In this document: piece by piece, positions 1 to 11,573 of the stretch | Layout: every line of letters begins with the position of its first letter | Position numbering within the stretch: the first letter of the stretch is position 1 | Origin: Phoronis australis | Lineage: Eukaryota > Animalia > Phoronida | Assembly: GCA_002633005.1 (NCBI GenBank) | Contig: NMRA01000011.1 | Coordinates: forward strand, 563,635 to 627,634 | Reading direction: 5' to 3' | Length of the DNA stretch: 64,000 nucleotides | The notes under the pieces: model-generated | Seen by the model: the letters and a program-made list of their open reading frames with translations, nothing else | Told to the model about the DNA's origin: nothing | Databases searched by the model: none | Program-made: the position numbers and the translations under genes

Positions 1-779
1 CAGCAAAGCAGCCGACACTTTCAGGGGAACCCTCCAGAAAAAGCCCTAAGAAATTCTTATCCTGAAAGTGAGTTGGAATCTCATTGGATTCCAGTGAGAT
101 TTTAATGAGAATCTAATCAATTTTAATCTTAAAAGATGCCATATTAGTGAGAAAAAGTACTCGCTTCAGTGGGAATCCAGTGATATTCCAGAAAGAATCT
201 TCTTAATATGCATAGAACTCTCACTCAGTGAGAATTCCTTCATAATTGTTTCACGTTCTCACTGAGTGGGAATTCCTTTTGTAAATTTTCTAACTGGGTG
301 ATTCGATTTGTGCAAACTGAAAATGTCAATGGGTGTGGTTCTTGTTCTCACCGAGTGAGATTTTGGTCTCCTAAAATCTGAGTGAGATTCTATTTTCTCA
401 CTATAGATGAGATTTTTGATAGCCAAAAATCTTACTGAGTGAGATTTTATTTTCTCACTCAGTGAGATTTGTGTTCGTGAAATGATTAAAATAGCAATCA
501 AAATGGCAGTTAAAATGTCCATGTAAACAGTCCTAATGGATGACTGGGTGCAGGTGCAGTGGTTAAAGCACTGTGTTGACAACCTAACGGTTCCTGCTTT
601 CAACAAGAAAAAACTGCCAACCTTACCATGATGAGAGTACCACCCTGTATATTATTTTACGAATGTCGTGATACCCCAAAGAAGGCCGAAAAAATGATCG
701 ACCGAAATGTCGTCCCAATGTTATCATGCCAATGTAGATTAGTTTAGAGGGTGTCAGTAATGCAGACTAATAATTTCAA

Positions 780-1080
780 GCTCTGACTGGTGATGTCGAA
801 CAAACTGACTGATGACGTCAAACACACTGATAGATGGTATCAAACATACTAACAGATGTTGTCGTTGTCGACGATGATGATGTCAAACATACTGACTGAT
901 GATATGAAACACACTGGCTCATGATATCAGACGGACACATTGACTGATAATCCCACAAACTGGTAAAGTCGAACACATAATGATGTCCAACACACTAACT
1001 GATGACGTGGAGTGCACTGACTGTGATTATGTTAAACGGTCCAACTCATAATGCCAAACATACTGACTGATGTCAAGAAC
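780..1080 (+). repeat. Degenerate ~20-22 bp tandem repeat (ACTGACTGATGATGTCAAACA-like)
   Basis: Recurrent actga...tgatgtc(a/g)aaca units. Confidence 0.6.
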
Positions 1081-1222
1081 AGTGACTTTACAATAAATAA
1101 AGAGGGTAAACTCCTGCCAGGTTTCTCCCAGCATGATGTAAACATTCCCTACAACCACATAAGGATCTGCTGTTTGGAGAAATCATTTGAATTTTTCCAA
1201 ACTGGACTAGTTGTATCTATGT

Positions 1223-2001
1223 CCTATACTAAATAGGGGAATAGCCATCAATAGACTGATTCTTGACCAGGTCACATAGCGAGGATCCCATCTAAATAGT
1301 AACAGAAGGCTTGAAAGCTGCCTCCAGGCTCTATTCTTCCATTTTCTTTTTCCACGTGAACCACAAAATCTGAACCATGGAGTAAAATTAGATGACGAAT
1401 TCTTGAATTTTAAAAATTGGTCAAGTAATAGTGATTTTGTCAACAAAAACCCAAGCCTTGAGCTACTTACTGGAAGGTAGTTTCCAGTATAGCTCATAAG
1501 CTACATATACAGACAACAGAAGCTGTGCTTGAAAGAATGTAGGTAAAGCTGATCCAGTAACCATGTTTAAAGGGTATGTTCNGGGGAAGGAAGCCAAAAA
1601 CGGCGGTTTAGCTAGTTGTCCCTTCCTGGTTATCTCTTCCTGCCTATACTAAATAGGGGAATAGCCATCAATAGACTGATTCTTGACCAGGTCACATAGC
1701 GAGGATCCCATCTAAATAGTAACAGAAGGCTTGAAAGCTGCCTCCAGGCTCTATTCTTCCATTTTCTTTTTCCACGTAAACCACAAAATCTGAACCATGG
1801 AGTAAAATTAGATGACGAATTCTTGAATTTTAAAAATTGGTCAAGTAATAGTGATTTTGTCAACAAAAACCCAAGCCTTGAGCTACTTACTGGAAGGTAG
1901 TTTCCAGTATAGCTCATAAGCTACATATACAGACAACAGAAGCTGTGCTTGAAAGAATGTAGGTAAAGCTGATCCAGTAACCATGTTTAAAGGGTATGTT
2001 C
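1223..2001. other. Near-identical duplication across N at 1582 (1223-1581 vs 1643-2001); probable haplotype overlap
   Basis: 359 bp with one substitution seen; the first copy ends exactly at the N. Confidence 0.8.
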
Positions 2002-2022
2002 AGAACATGAGCTATTCCTCAC

Positions 2023-2129
2023 CCACAATATCTCGCTTTGGTCCGACATCCATTGAGTTCCAGTTGAATGAATAATTAGAGGGCCAGTTGGTGAATCCCT
2101 CGTGGTGCTTGCTTGTGAGAACCACATAC
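2023..2129 (-). CDS. FUCA: Alpha-L-fucosidase (GH29), coding exon 2
   Basis: Not in the ORF track. ttgtag|G TAT GTG GTT... translates to (R)[35 protein letters not shown](G)|gtgagg, containing the KHHEG motif. Phase 2 acceptor matches the exon 1 donor; 107 nt. Further exons were not found in 1-2022, so they probably lie left of the window. Confidence 0.95.
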
Positions 2130-3959
2130 CTACAACAACAGTTACAATACATGCCAAGATTCCACATCCAGGCCATACACTATTCCTAAGTGTACGGCAA
2201 TTAAGATTTCAAAAGCTGGAAAGAGAATTGGCTTATATTGAAAAAAGGGGACAAAGAGGGGTTTTCTCTAGAAATTTTGATGCAAAAGAAAATGCATTTT
2301 CTCGCAGCTATATTTTATCCTGAACAAGAAAACACTTTGCAAGCCCACTTCGATGTCAAATATTTTCGCCACCAATATTATTGTTTTTCATCAAAAATGT
2401 GAATATTTGACCAATGCAAGATCTGGGAAATGCCTATTTCGTAGGTACCCTAAAAGGGAGACCTTACAAAACGGACCCATGAAAAGACGACAACCGAAAA
2501 CAATGAAATCCAGTAACTCAGTCAGTAAGTAAGAATTCATTAAATGCCGACACAGGGAGTAACCGAGGAACGGTAGCCAGAAGCTAGTATCAACAATTCC
2601 ATATATTATACAAATATATAAAGAGCTTAACTAGATGAGATACAGAGCCATAGATGAAGGTACACAAGAAGCTAGAGCAATACAACATGCATGAGGCAGT
2701 GATCATGACAAGAATCCTACGTTCACACTCAAACCGGTCGAGATTAGGCAACTCGACTGGTTTGCCTACCTCAGGAATTGCTCGTTCGGGTCAAAGACCT
2801 GACACTGCTGCGGTTAATTAAATTGTCTCAAGCTGCTGATCGTTATCGTACTTAGATAATCAGTCCCACCATAAACACACTGGGGACGACGATTTTTTTT
2901 CTAATTTTCAATTTGAAAGTTTTTAAATAGCATATTTGAATCGTTCATGAAAATTAGGCATTGTTTGGTTTTGGGATTTTTAAAATCAGACAAGAAATGT
3001 GACTTATAGGCTGTGAATTTTAACCCAATGTTGCCCAGATCTTGCACATTGTTCTGTGCCTCATTAATTCTGTAGGGTGTGCAACATAATTACCAAACCA
3101 GCGTTGGATTTTGAGGTAGGCCAAGTGTCATCATACAATTCTTGGTACATGTATAGTGAAACTTCAACCATAACTCTGGGACACACAAGATTATATAAAA
3201 ATACAAGATTATACAAAAATACCAATTGGTATAACTACAGAATAAGTAGGCGCCCAATGATCACCTTGAACACTGAATTTTAAGAGCACTGAATTGGCAA
3301 AACCTGACCCACAAACACGTAGGCCTATTTTTGACTCACGAGTGAGTAACTGTTTACTTCGAGTCTGCAGTGGTGAATCTAAGGATGTCGCAGAAAGGAG
3401 CCCAACCACACAATATATAGGAAGGTAACGGTCCGCGGGCGTTCCATGCAGTCTCTGATGGGGAGGCAAAGGAAAATAGGTGCGCAACTCCCAGAAACGA
3501 TATGCCGGCGGGTTTTTTTATATTTTATTAGTCACCCATAGGGTGTGTTCTTGGGGCCCTTTGGTCCCCCTTTATCCGGCTATGGTATGACACCATAATT
3601 GTTACTTTATCTTGAAATGTTAATCTAAAATTTCATTACTCGGTGAACATATGTTACTCCGTACTCTTCAAAGACTAAGTACACAAGCATATGATATTAC
3701 ACAAGCATCGATGTTTCAATGAGCTTCAAACACTATGTACCCAGTACAATGAGCACACCTGCATACAATCATGTATAATGCACAAACTTAAAAGTAGGGT
3801 TTTGTTGCAAGCAGCTGTTCATATTTTTTTCATTTAATTTAAAGTTAGTAAAACACCAGGTGCTAGTGACCAGTCCAAAGATAGAGTGCTTTATATAATT
3901 GTTACAGTATCCTCCACACACATTTTTGTCGTTAGTCTTGTTCTTTTCCAAGATACATG

Positions 3960-4340
3960 ATAATCTAGACTGAGAACTATCAGCAGTTCTGTGTCGAATC
4001 ATCCACCTTTCGGCATAAGGTTGTGGGTCGAACATGGAAAGCGGGAGACCATTGACCTTGCCAAACAACGAGCTGGAGGTAGTTTCTCATAGCAAACAAG
4101 AGCGTTCGTCTGCTCCTATCTAATTCATTTCCCTCTCCCTCAATCCTCGCTCACATTCAGTTGTACTTCAAGGAAGGGTCTTAGTGCAGAGGTCCAGTTG
4201 TGACAGCGGAGCACTTGGTAGGTTATCTACTCTATCCGTCTCCTCAGTTTCTACAGACTCATGCATTTCTCTGATTGTCGTCGTGGCAACCAGCCCAAAA
4301 CAGATTGCAAATACGCCCGACTTCGTGCTCGCCATGTTTT
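3960..4340 (-). mobile_element. hAT transposase (ZNF862-like) C-terminal remnant; second copy at ~5680-6040
   Basis: KVNG(L/P)PLSMFDPQPYAERWMIRH resembles the GPxLxxFDPxxxxxxW tail of ZNF862-like hAT transposases; surrounded by stop codons. Confidence 0.4.
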
Positions 4341-4758
4341 ATCCCAGATTCTATCGGCCACAGTTTGGGAGCCCAAGATTCACCGAATAGCGCAAAATGA
4401 CTGCTCGTCATTGTCAAGTCAATGCCACTCCATGTTCACAACAACTTTTTGAATAAATTGACCAGGACATATGGAATATTTGGCAACAATACTGGTGTCA
4501 GCATAGCAATGTATTGATAATATAAAGTATTGTATAAAGAATATGCTCCACTATACTGTCACTTACTGTGCGTCATAGGCGCTACGTTAAAATGTAAAAA
4601 GGTGGTTGGCTATGCCTACGTCCCACTATAATTTAACTCAACTTATGGTGTCTAGGCACCAGTGGCNCCAGATCTTGCACATTGTTCTGTGCCTCATTAA
4701 TTCTGTAGGGTGTGCAACATAACTTCCAAACCAGCAGTGAGCGTTGGATTTTGAGGTA

Positions 4759-4863
4759 GGCCAAGTGTCATCAGGCCAAGTGTCATCAGGCCAAGTGTCA
4801 TCAGGCCAAGTGTCATCAGGCCAAGTGTCATCAGGCCAAGTGTCATCAGGCCAAGTGTCATCA
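4759..4863 (+). repeat. Minisatellite, 7 x 15 bp (GGCCAAGTGTCATCA)
   Basis: Seven perfect copies; only one copy at the equivalent site (3119-3133) of the duplicated block. Confidence 0.95.
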
Positions 4864-7330
4864 TACAATTCTTGGTATGTATAGTGAAACTTCAACCATA
4901 ACTCTGGGACATAAGATTATATAAAAATACAAGATTATACAAAAATACCAATTGGTATAATTACAGAATACGTAGGCGCCCAATGATCACCTTGAACACT
5001 GAATTTTAAGAGCACTGAATTGGCAAAACCTGACCCACAAACATGTAGGCCTATTTTTGACTCACGAGTGAGTAACTGTTTACTTCGAGTCTGCAGTGGT
5101 GAATCTAAGGATGTCGCAGAAAGGGGCCCAACCACACATAGGAAGGTAACGGTCCGCGGGCGTTCCATGCAATCTCTGAAGGGGAGGCAAAGGAAAATAG
5201 GTGCGCAACTCCCAGAAACGATATGCCGGCAGGTTTTTTTTATATTTTTTTATATTTTATTAGTCACCCATAGGGTGTGTTCTTGGTCCCCCTTTATCCG
5301 GCTATGGTATGACACCATAATTGTTACTTTATCTTGAAATGTTAATCTAAAATTTCATTACTCGGTGAACATATGTTACTCCGTACTCTTCAAAGACTAA
5401 TTACACAAGCATATGATATTACACAAGCATCGATGTTTCAATGAGCTTCAAACACTATGTACCCAGTACAATGAGCATACCTGCATACAATCATGTATAA
5501 TGCACAAACTTAAAAGTAGGGTTTTGTTGCAAGCAGCTGTTCATATTTTTTCATTTAATTTAAAGTTAGTAAAACACCAGGTGCTAGTGACCAGTCCAAA
5601 GATAGAGTGCTTTATATAATTGTTACAGAATCCTCGACACACATTTTTGTCGTTAGTCTTGTTCTTTTCCAAGATACATGATAATCTAGACTGAGAACTA
5701 ACAGCAGTTCCGTGTCGAATCATCCACCTTTCGGCATAAGGTTGTGGGTCGAACATGGAAAGCGGGGGACCATTGACCTTGCCAAACAACGAGCTGGAGG
5801 AAGTTTCTAATAGCAAACAAGAGCGTTCGTCTGCTCCTATCTAATTCATTTCCCTCAATCCTCGGTTGTACGGGTCTTAGTGCAGAGGTCCAGTTGTGAC
5901 AGCGGAGCACTTGGTAGGTTATCTACTCTATCCGTCTCCTCAGTTTCTACAGACTCACACATTTCTCTGATTGTCGTCATGGCAACCAGCCCAAAACAGA
6001 TTGCAACTACGCCCGACTTCGTGCTCGCCATGTTTTATCCCAGATTCCATCGGCCACAGTTTGGGAGTCCAAGATTCACTGAATAGCACAAAATGACTGC
6101 TCGTCATTGTCAAGTCAATGCCACTCCATGTTCACAACAACTTTTTGAATAAATTGACCAGGACATATGGAATATTCGGCAACAATACTGGTGTCAGAAT
6201 AGCAATGTATTGATAATATAAAGTATTGTATAAAGAATATGCTCCACTATACTGTCACTTACTGTGCGTCATAGGCGCTACGTTAAAATGTAAAAAGGTG
6301 GTTGGCTATGCCTACGTCCCACTATAATTTAACTCAACTTATGGTGTCTAGGCACCAGTGGCGGATCTAGGATATCACAAGGGGGACCCAACATTTTGTG
6401 CGGCTGTAAACATTTGTGCAAACTGAACCACGATTGTAGACACGCATAGCACCGAATGGGGGGAGGTCGGGAGGGGGGTTTGTCGTATTTTAAAATAGTC
6501 TTCAAATGCCCAAAAGACCAAATTTATCCATTTTTGTGTTGGCAATAATGACGGGATTGCTTTGGAAATCGTCTTAACATAAGGTTTGACAAAGAGAGTA
6601 TTGCGAGTTTCTGAGTGATTCACTAAGGTTTCGATTAAAATTCACATCTTACCAGCAGCTTCTGTTTTTTCATCGCCACTCAGGTTCCATTTTCTTTAGA
6701 AATGAAGTAAATTTTCTCCATTGCACAGTGGAGCAGACGACGGAAACTGAGTCATAGTGCACAGCGCCACTGCCGGTCGCCTGGGATATCGCGGGAGAGC
6801 CTATACTTAGCCATAGTTCCGTTACGGATGCGCCGTGTTCCGAATTTGACACTTGAAATTGGATTTGNNNNNNNNNNNNNNNNNNNNNNNNNNNNNNNNN
6901 NNNNNNNNNNNNNNNNNNNNNNNNNNNNNNNNNNNNNNNNNNNNNNNNNNNNNNNNNNNNNNNNNNNNNNNNNNNNNNNNNNNNNNNNNNNNNNNNNNNN
7001 NNNNNNNNNNNNNNNNNNNNNNNNNNNNNNNNNNNNNNNNNNNNNNNNNNNNNNNNNNNGGGGGGGGCGGGCCCCCTGGGCCCCCCCCCCCCCTAAATCC
7101 GCCTATGGGCACTACACTTAAAATTGACTTAAATGCCAAAAGGTGGTTGGCTGCGCCTACGTGTGCCTATGCCCCACTACAGCACTAAAATCAATAGAAG
7201 GCTCTACTCTACGTAACAAGTTGAAGATCAATTTCACAAAGTTTGGTTATGAACAGTGGTACATCAAACCTAGGAACTGGTTCCTAGATCAAACTTGACA
7301 ATCCATCCCATAATTTAAAAAAATGATTAC

Positions 7331-7782
7331 CTCGCCCCAGATGCATCAAACAGTTCTGCCCAACGATCCGCATCATAAAACTCTGCGGTAAATTGTGCGG
7401 CAAAGTCGCCATATTGAAACGATGGTCGGTAGTTCTTTTTCATGAACTCTACGGCGTCACCGTTTCCACCCTTCCATATCTCCCAGAACCATTCGCTAGC
7501 AAAGTTCTTTCCAAAGCTCGGCACTGCAAACACTCCGAAGTGAATAAAGATTCCAATTTTGGCCTCATCATACCACGATGGAAGTGGTCTTTTGTCCAAG
7601 CTTGCCCAATCAGGAGTATATCGAGCAGATCCACCCTCTTCTTTCTCTGACCACCGCCCTTCAACCGGATTTTGGGCAAAACTTGCGTCCACGTACACCT
7701 TGCATTGTACATGTTGCACAAGAATAAAACTGAACCCAAACAATGCAAATGTTGAAGCCAAGAACATCCTTCCAATACGCAT
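7331..7782 (-). CDS. FUCA: Alpha-L-fucosidase (GH29), coding exon 1 with signal peptide
   Basis: Hydrophobic N-terminus, then [38 protein letters not shown]...SEWFW...[21 protein letters not shown], the hallmark N-terminus of animal FUCA1/FUCA2. Ends AG|gtaatc (phase 2 donor at 7330). Start could be the Met at 7782 or the Met five codons later. Confidence 0.95.
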
Positions 7783-8660
7783 GATTCCTCTTTGATGTCA
7801 ATTGAGCTTGGTATTGCCCCACGACTATAGACGACAACGACACTATCGCAACAAAACATGCAATACACCAAAACACAATGAACAAATCATGTGACATGAG
7901 AGCGCCGCCTGATGGCTGTGGAAATGGTAGCGACATCTATTGATAGATGCTGGTCATGAGAGAGAAATTTTTCATCATGCAGCGATCACCTTCATGTCGT
8001 ATTAGTTACACGGCGTGATCGTGATCTGCGATTAACGATGGTTGAGCTGTATGATTGCATAATTGAGTTTAGGCCTGGAAAGGTCAGGTTTCACCATAAT
8101 TGCATGTCTCAAAGCAACCTAACCTCCCAGGTCAGGAATATATTTTCAAAATCCAAAATGTCCTTTCTCAAAAATGATTTCTGCCTCATTGAACTGTTGA
8201 AGAATACGGTCCTCACATCATTCAAAATCAGTGTTTTTGAACTCCACATTTTCTGGTTTTCAATTGTTCTATAATTGTGTAAACTAGTCAATGATTTCTT
8301 CCCAACAATTAAGATGTTATGGTAGAAGATGTCAAGATTTACAAGACAACAATTTACGATCAACTTTCAGATTATACCTTCATATGTTTTTTAAACAGTT
8401 TGAAAACACTTTAAAGGGCTCCTACCATGAATATTTACACTTTTTGAGTTTTTAGACAGTGTGTAATAATTTCATAAAATAAAATTTTACTAAATAAGCA
8501 CTTCATTTTGAAAATAATTGAGGAATTTAGAATTTAAAGAAAAAGAATAATGATTTGTATTTGGTTTCCGGCCGCATGATGTCACCAGTGGAAAACGTTG
8601 ATCAGTTGACAGCATATATCCAATAGTGGATAGTAGTGATTTTGTAACTTACGAAGACTT

Positions 8661-8830
8661 AGTACTGATTTCAGAGCAGTACTAATTTCAGAGCAGTACT
8701 GATTTCAGAGCAGTACTGATTTCAGAGCAGTACTGATTTCAGAGCAGTACTGATTTCAGAGCAGTACTGATTTCAGAGCAGTACTGATTTCAGAGCAGTA
8801 CTGATTTCAGAGCAGTACTGATTTCAGAGC
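8661..8830 (+). repeat. Minisatellite, 10 x 17 bp (AGTACTGATTTCAGAGC)
   Basis: Ten head-to-tail copies, one with a single substitution, no spacers. Confidence 0.95.
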
Positions 8831-9900
8831 TGACATTTCTGAGTGGTAACGAGCCTTTTATTGAATAACGGTTTAATTTCAGTCATAACCGCTTCAGTGT
8901 CGAATAATTTGTATATTTCTCGAGCTGTAATTCTGTAACGACCTCTTTACCCTGACTGTCAAATCCCACTCGCGAATAGTGGCCATTGGATTTCGAATGC
9001 CGAGTGCTTTTGCCAGGAATGTTCATATCTTATTATTGTGATATTCACTGGATTTCATTTCTGCATGGGTAAATGATATTCTAGGCTGTTTAGTCTGTTA
9101 CAAAATTGTGAAAGCTTTGTACCGTTGTGGTTCATCGATTAATTTCGGTACAGTGTCCACCGGCTCTACAGCCGCCGTGCAGGTTGTGGTCATGACCTCA
9201 ACAATTTCCGTAGCATCTATGTCCTTTTTCTGCTATTGGTCATTGACTAATATATAGCTAGCATACGTTCCCACAACTTGAAAATCTCGAACAAGAAAAA
9301 GTAGCCTCATCCCCAAGCTTCAAGATGGCGCTGATCGGTTTAGCCATTTGAGTCTTGGTTATAAGAATTAGCGTCTGTGCAATGATTGACCACCGTCATT
9401 AAAACAAAGGCAGGCCAAGTTTGAATTAATCTCACAGGCTTTGTTGCTGCCATTCATGAAACAGAAGGTATTGTTGCCGTTATTATTTGAAATAAAGGTT
9501 GTTTGAGGACTTTCAATTCTTTTTTATAAATAGTATCATAGAATCTGTTTTCGAATCAAAATACATCATTTTTTGCAATAATTTAGACCAAAATAGCAGC
9601 AATATACTGTTAGTTTTCATTTTTATATGAAACATTTCTATAACCCTCGCTGGTTACCTGCGTGTCCGCTAGGGATAGAGAACACGCAGGTATCACTCAG
9701 TAGCCCACGTTAGAATTTAGTGGCTGATATGTAACCTCGATGTCATTGGTTAATGTTACAACAAAGTAAGAGAATGTCGGACTGTGAACGATCTTTAGTT
9801 TGTCATGCAAGTGGCGTAACAGCAAAAAATTCGTTTTTGCAGTTGTGTTTAGCCGCATGCTTGAAGCACAAGCAACACGCACACATCCTAGCCGATTTAA

Positions 9901-11573
9901 AGGAGAATGCCACCCGATTTTTTTGCCGTCTTAATCGGTCTATATCCATATCGCCTCGCAAACGGTCGACCTTACCTTGCCAAGAGGTGTCGCGTTAACC
10001 TGTGAGGAAGGTGAGAAACGACGCTAGCGACGTCAGTGGTTCATATGCAGAGTGAATGCCGCTATGTTGCGGTGCATCGTTCCCGCTTGTCCGAATTAAG
10101 CAGCTGCGAGGAAAGCGGGCATATCGTTTTTTTTTCTTCCTCGAAAGTCCGAAATGCTTAGGATGTGGCTCATGGTAGTGAAGAATGAATTGTACGTTGT
10201 AAATAGCAAGTATGAGGCCGTGAAACATCTGTGGCCTGCAGACGTCGAGAGTGCCTGACGAATGCCGGCTTACCAAATAACTCCATACGTTCCGTTGTCT
10301 GGGCTTGTTCACGGCGCCTCTCTAGTATTTCTTCATCACTGTATTCCTGTTCGAACTGATAGCCTGTAAAACTCAACGACCCACCTGCGAAGTCGGGATT
10401 GATGAGCTCTAGTTCGTCCTAAGCACGGTCGATCGGGATTGCGAGTTGCCATGTTGGCGTTTATTACTGAGCGTTCTGTTTCAAAATGAATTATTCTCAC
10501 CCTAACCAATACTTATATAAAACTGTAACAAAGTCCTTCTCATTAGATGCAATTTGTAATACCTTTCGAGTGTTCGTGAGTGCAAATGATTTGAGAAGGC
10601 AGCAATGAATAAATCACTGCGTTACCGGCTTTAGGTGCAATAAAACTAATTGATGGGACACCGAGGCCGTGTGAGCTCATGCTAATTTAGTGTTTGCTGG
10701 CAGAAGCTGTTGTGAAACAACTCGATTTCCATGCCACGGCCGGGTGTTAGGGGAATCTTTATTTACATTTACATTACTCAAATAGTGATTGTCAATGAAC
10801 AACTTCTGCCCTGACGGTGCTGTGGCCATGCAAAGCGGAACCTGAATTCGCCGGCCCCCGACGAGTAAGTAGATTTGCAGTTTCGTGGCTAATTCATCAA
10901 CATAATCACCGTGCACATTAATTTGGCCCACTAGTATAGTATTTTCTTGACTGGAAGTTTAGTTTCCACTGAACTTTGGCTGGTTTATGTTCGTGATGTC
11001 TGATCAGTTTCCGAGCCGCTGGCCGAGATAACGAGTCAATCCGGCCGGCCGCGACGGGCCTGATCGGGCTCCGAGCCACTGGCCAGGATAACAAGCGTTT
11101 TGTGTTTAGAACTAAAAAAATCACAAGTCTAAACAACACAGATCTAGGTTCTCATGTCTGTATCTCACAGAAAATACTTCGAAATTACCTTCGAACAGAC
11201 CCAAACTCCTGCTACGGACCTTATTGGCGTGCCGAACTTTGTAGGCTACGGTGTGTCCAAATACCAATAAATCCGTAAGAGCGAAATAAAACATCACGTT
11301 TTTATAAGAACTCGGCGTATTTTTAAGGGTTTTATATCGAAGTTTGATGATTTATTGGTGTTAAACAATGACTTCAAGCGATAAGCTGACACCAGTAACC
11401 CGTGTTGTGGACTGCTGAACAGAGTGCGTGTGAAACCGATGACGTCATTGGATAATTTCAACACCTCCGTCTGCCGTCAGGTGTCAGGTAACGCAACCGA
11501 ACGTGTCGTTATGGAGTAGAACTACTCGATCTAAATTGATACAAATTAGGTTGTTTTTGGGTGGCATGCTCCT
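9901..11573. mobile_element. Non-autonomous Kolobok-type DNA transposon with THAP and KolX/P2RX7-like remnants
   Basis: TTAA on both sides (9897-9900, 11574-11577). TIRs AGGAGAATGCCACCC / GGGTGGCATGCTCCT match 14 of 15. Plus strand from 10064 reads MLRCIVPACPN*AAARKAGISFFFLP (THAP start); minus strand 10170-10376 reads GYQFEQEYSDEEILERRREQ. Confidence 0.75.

Larger units (their letters stand above)
3035..6362. other. Near-identical duplication across N at 4667 (3035-4666 vs 4668-6362); probable haplotype overlap
   Basis: Copies differ by scattered SNPs and indels; the junction is a single N. Confidence 0.85.

Noticed and set aside
1207-1917. Twin 95-96 aa minus-strand ORFs inside the FUCA gene
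   Set aside because: No GH29 similarity; intronic sequence duplicated at an N junction.
4638-4895. ORF with (DDTWP)7 repeat
   Set aside because: It is just the translation of the 15-bp minisatellite. It spans an N, and the other copy has a single unit.
6822-7188. ORFs spanning the N-gap (also 22644-23087)
   Set aside because: Open only because of runs of N.
8661-8830. Short direct-repeat array as a possible CRISPR
   Set aside because: Units are head-to-tail with no unique spacers, there are no cas genes, and the context is eukaryotic.
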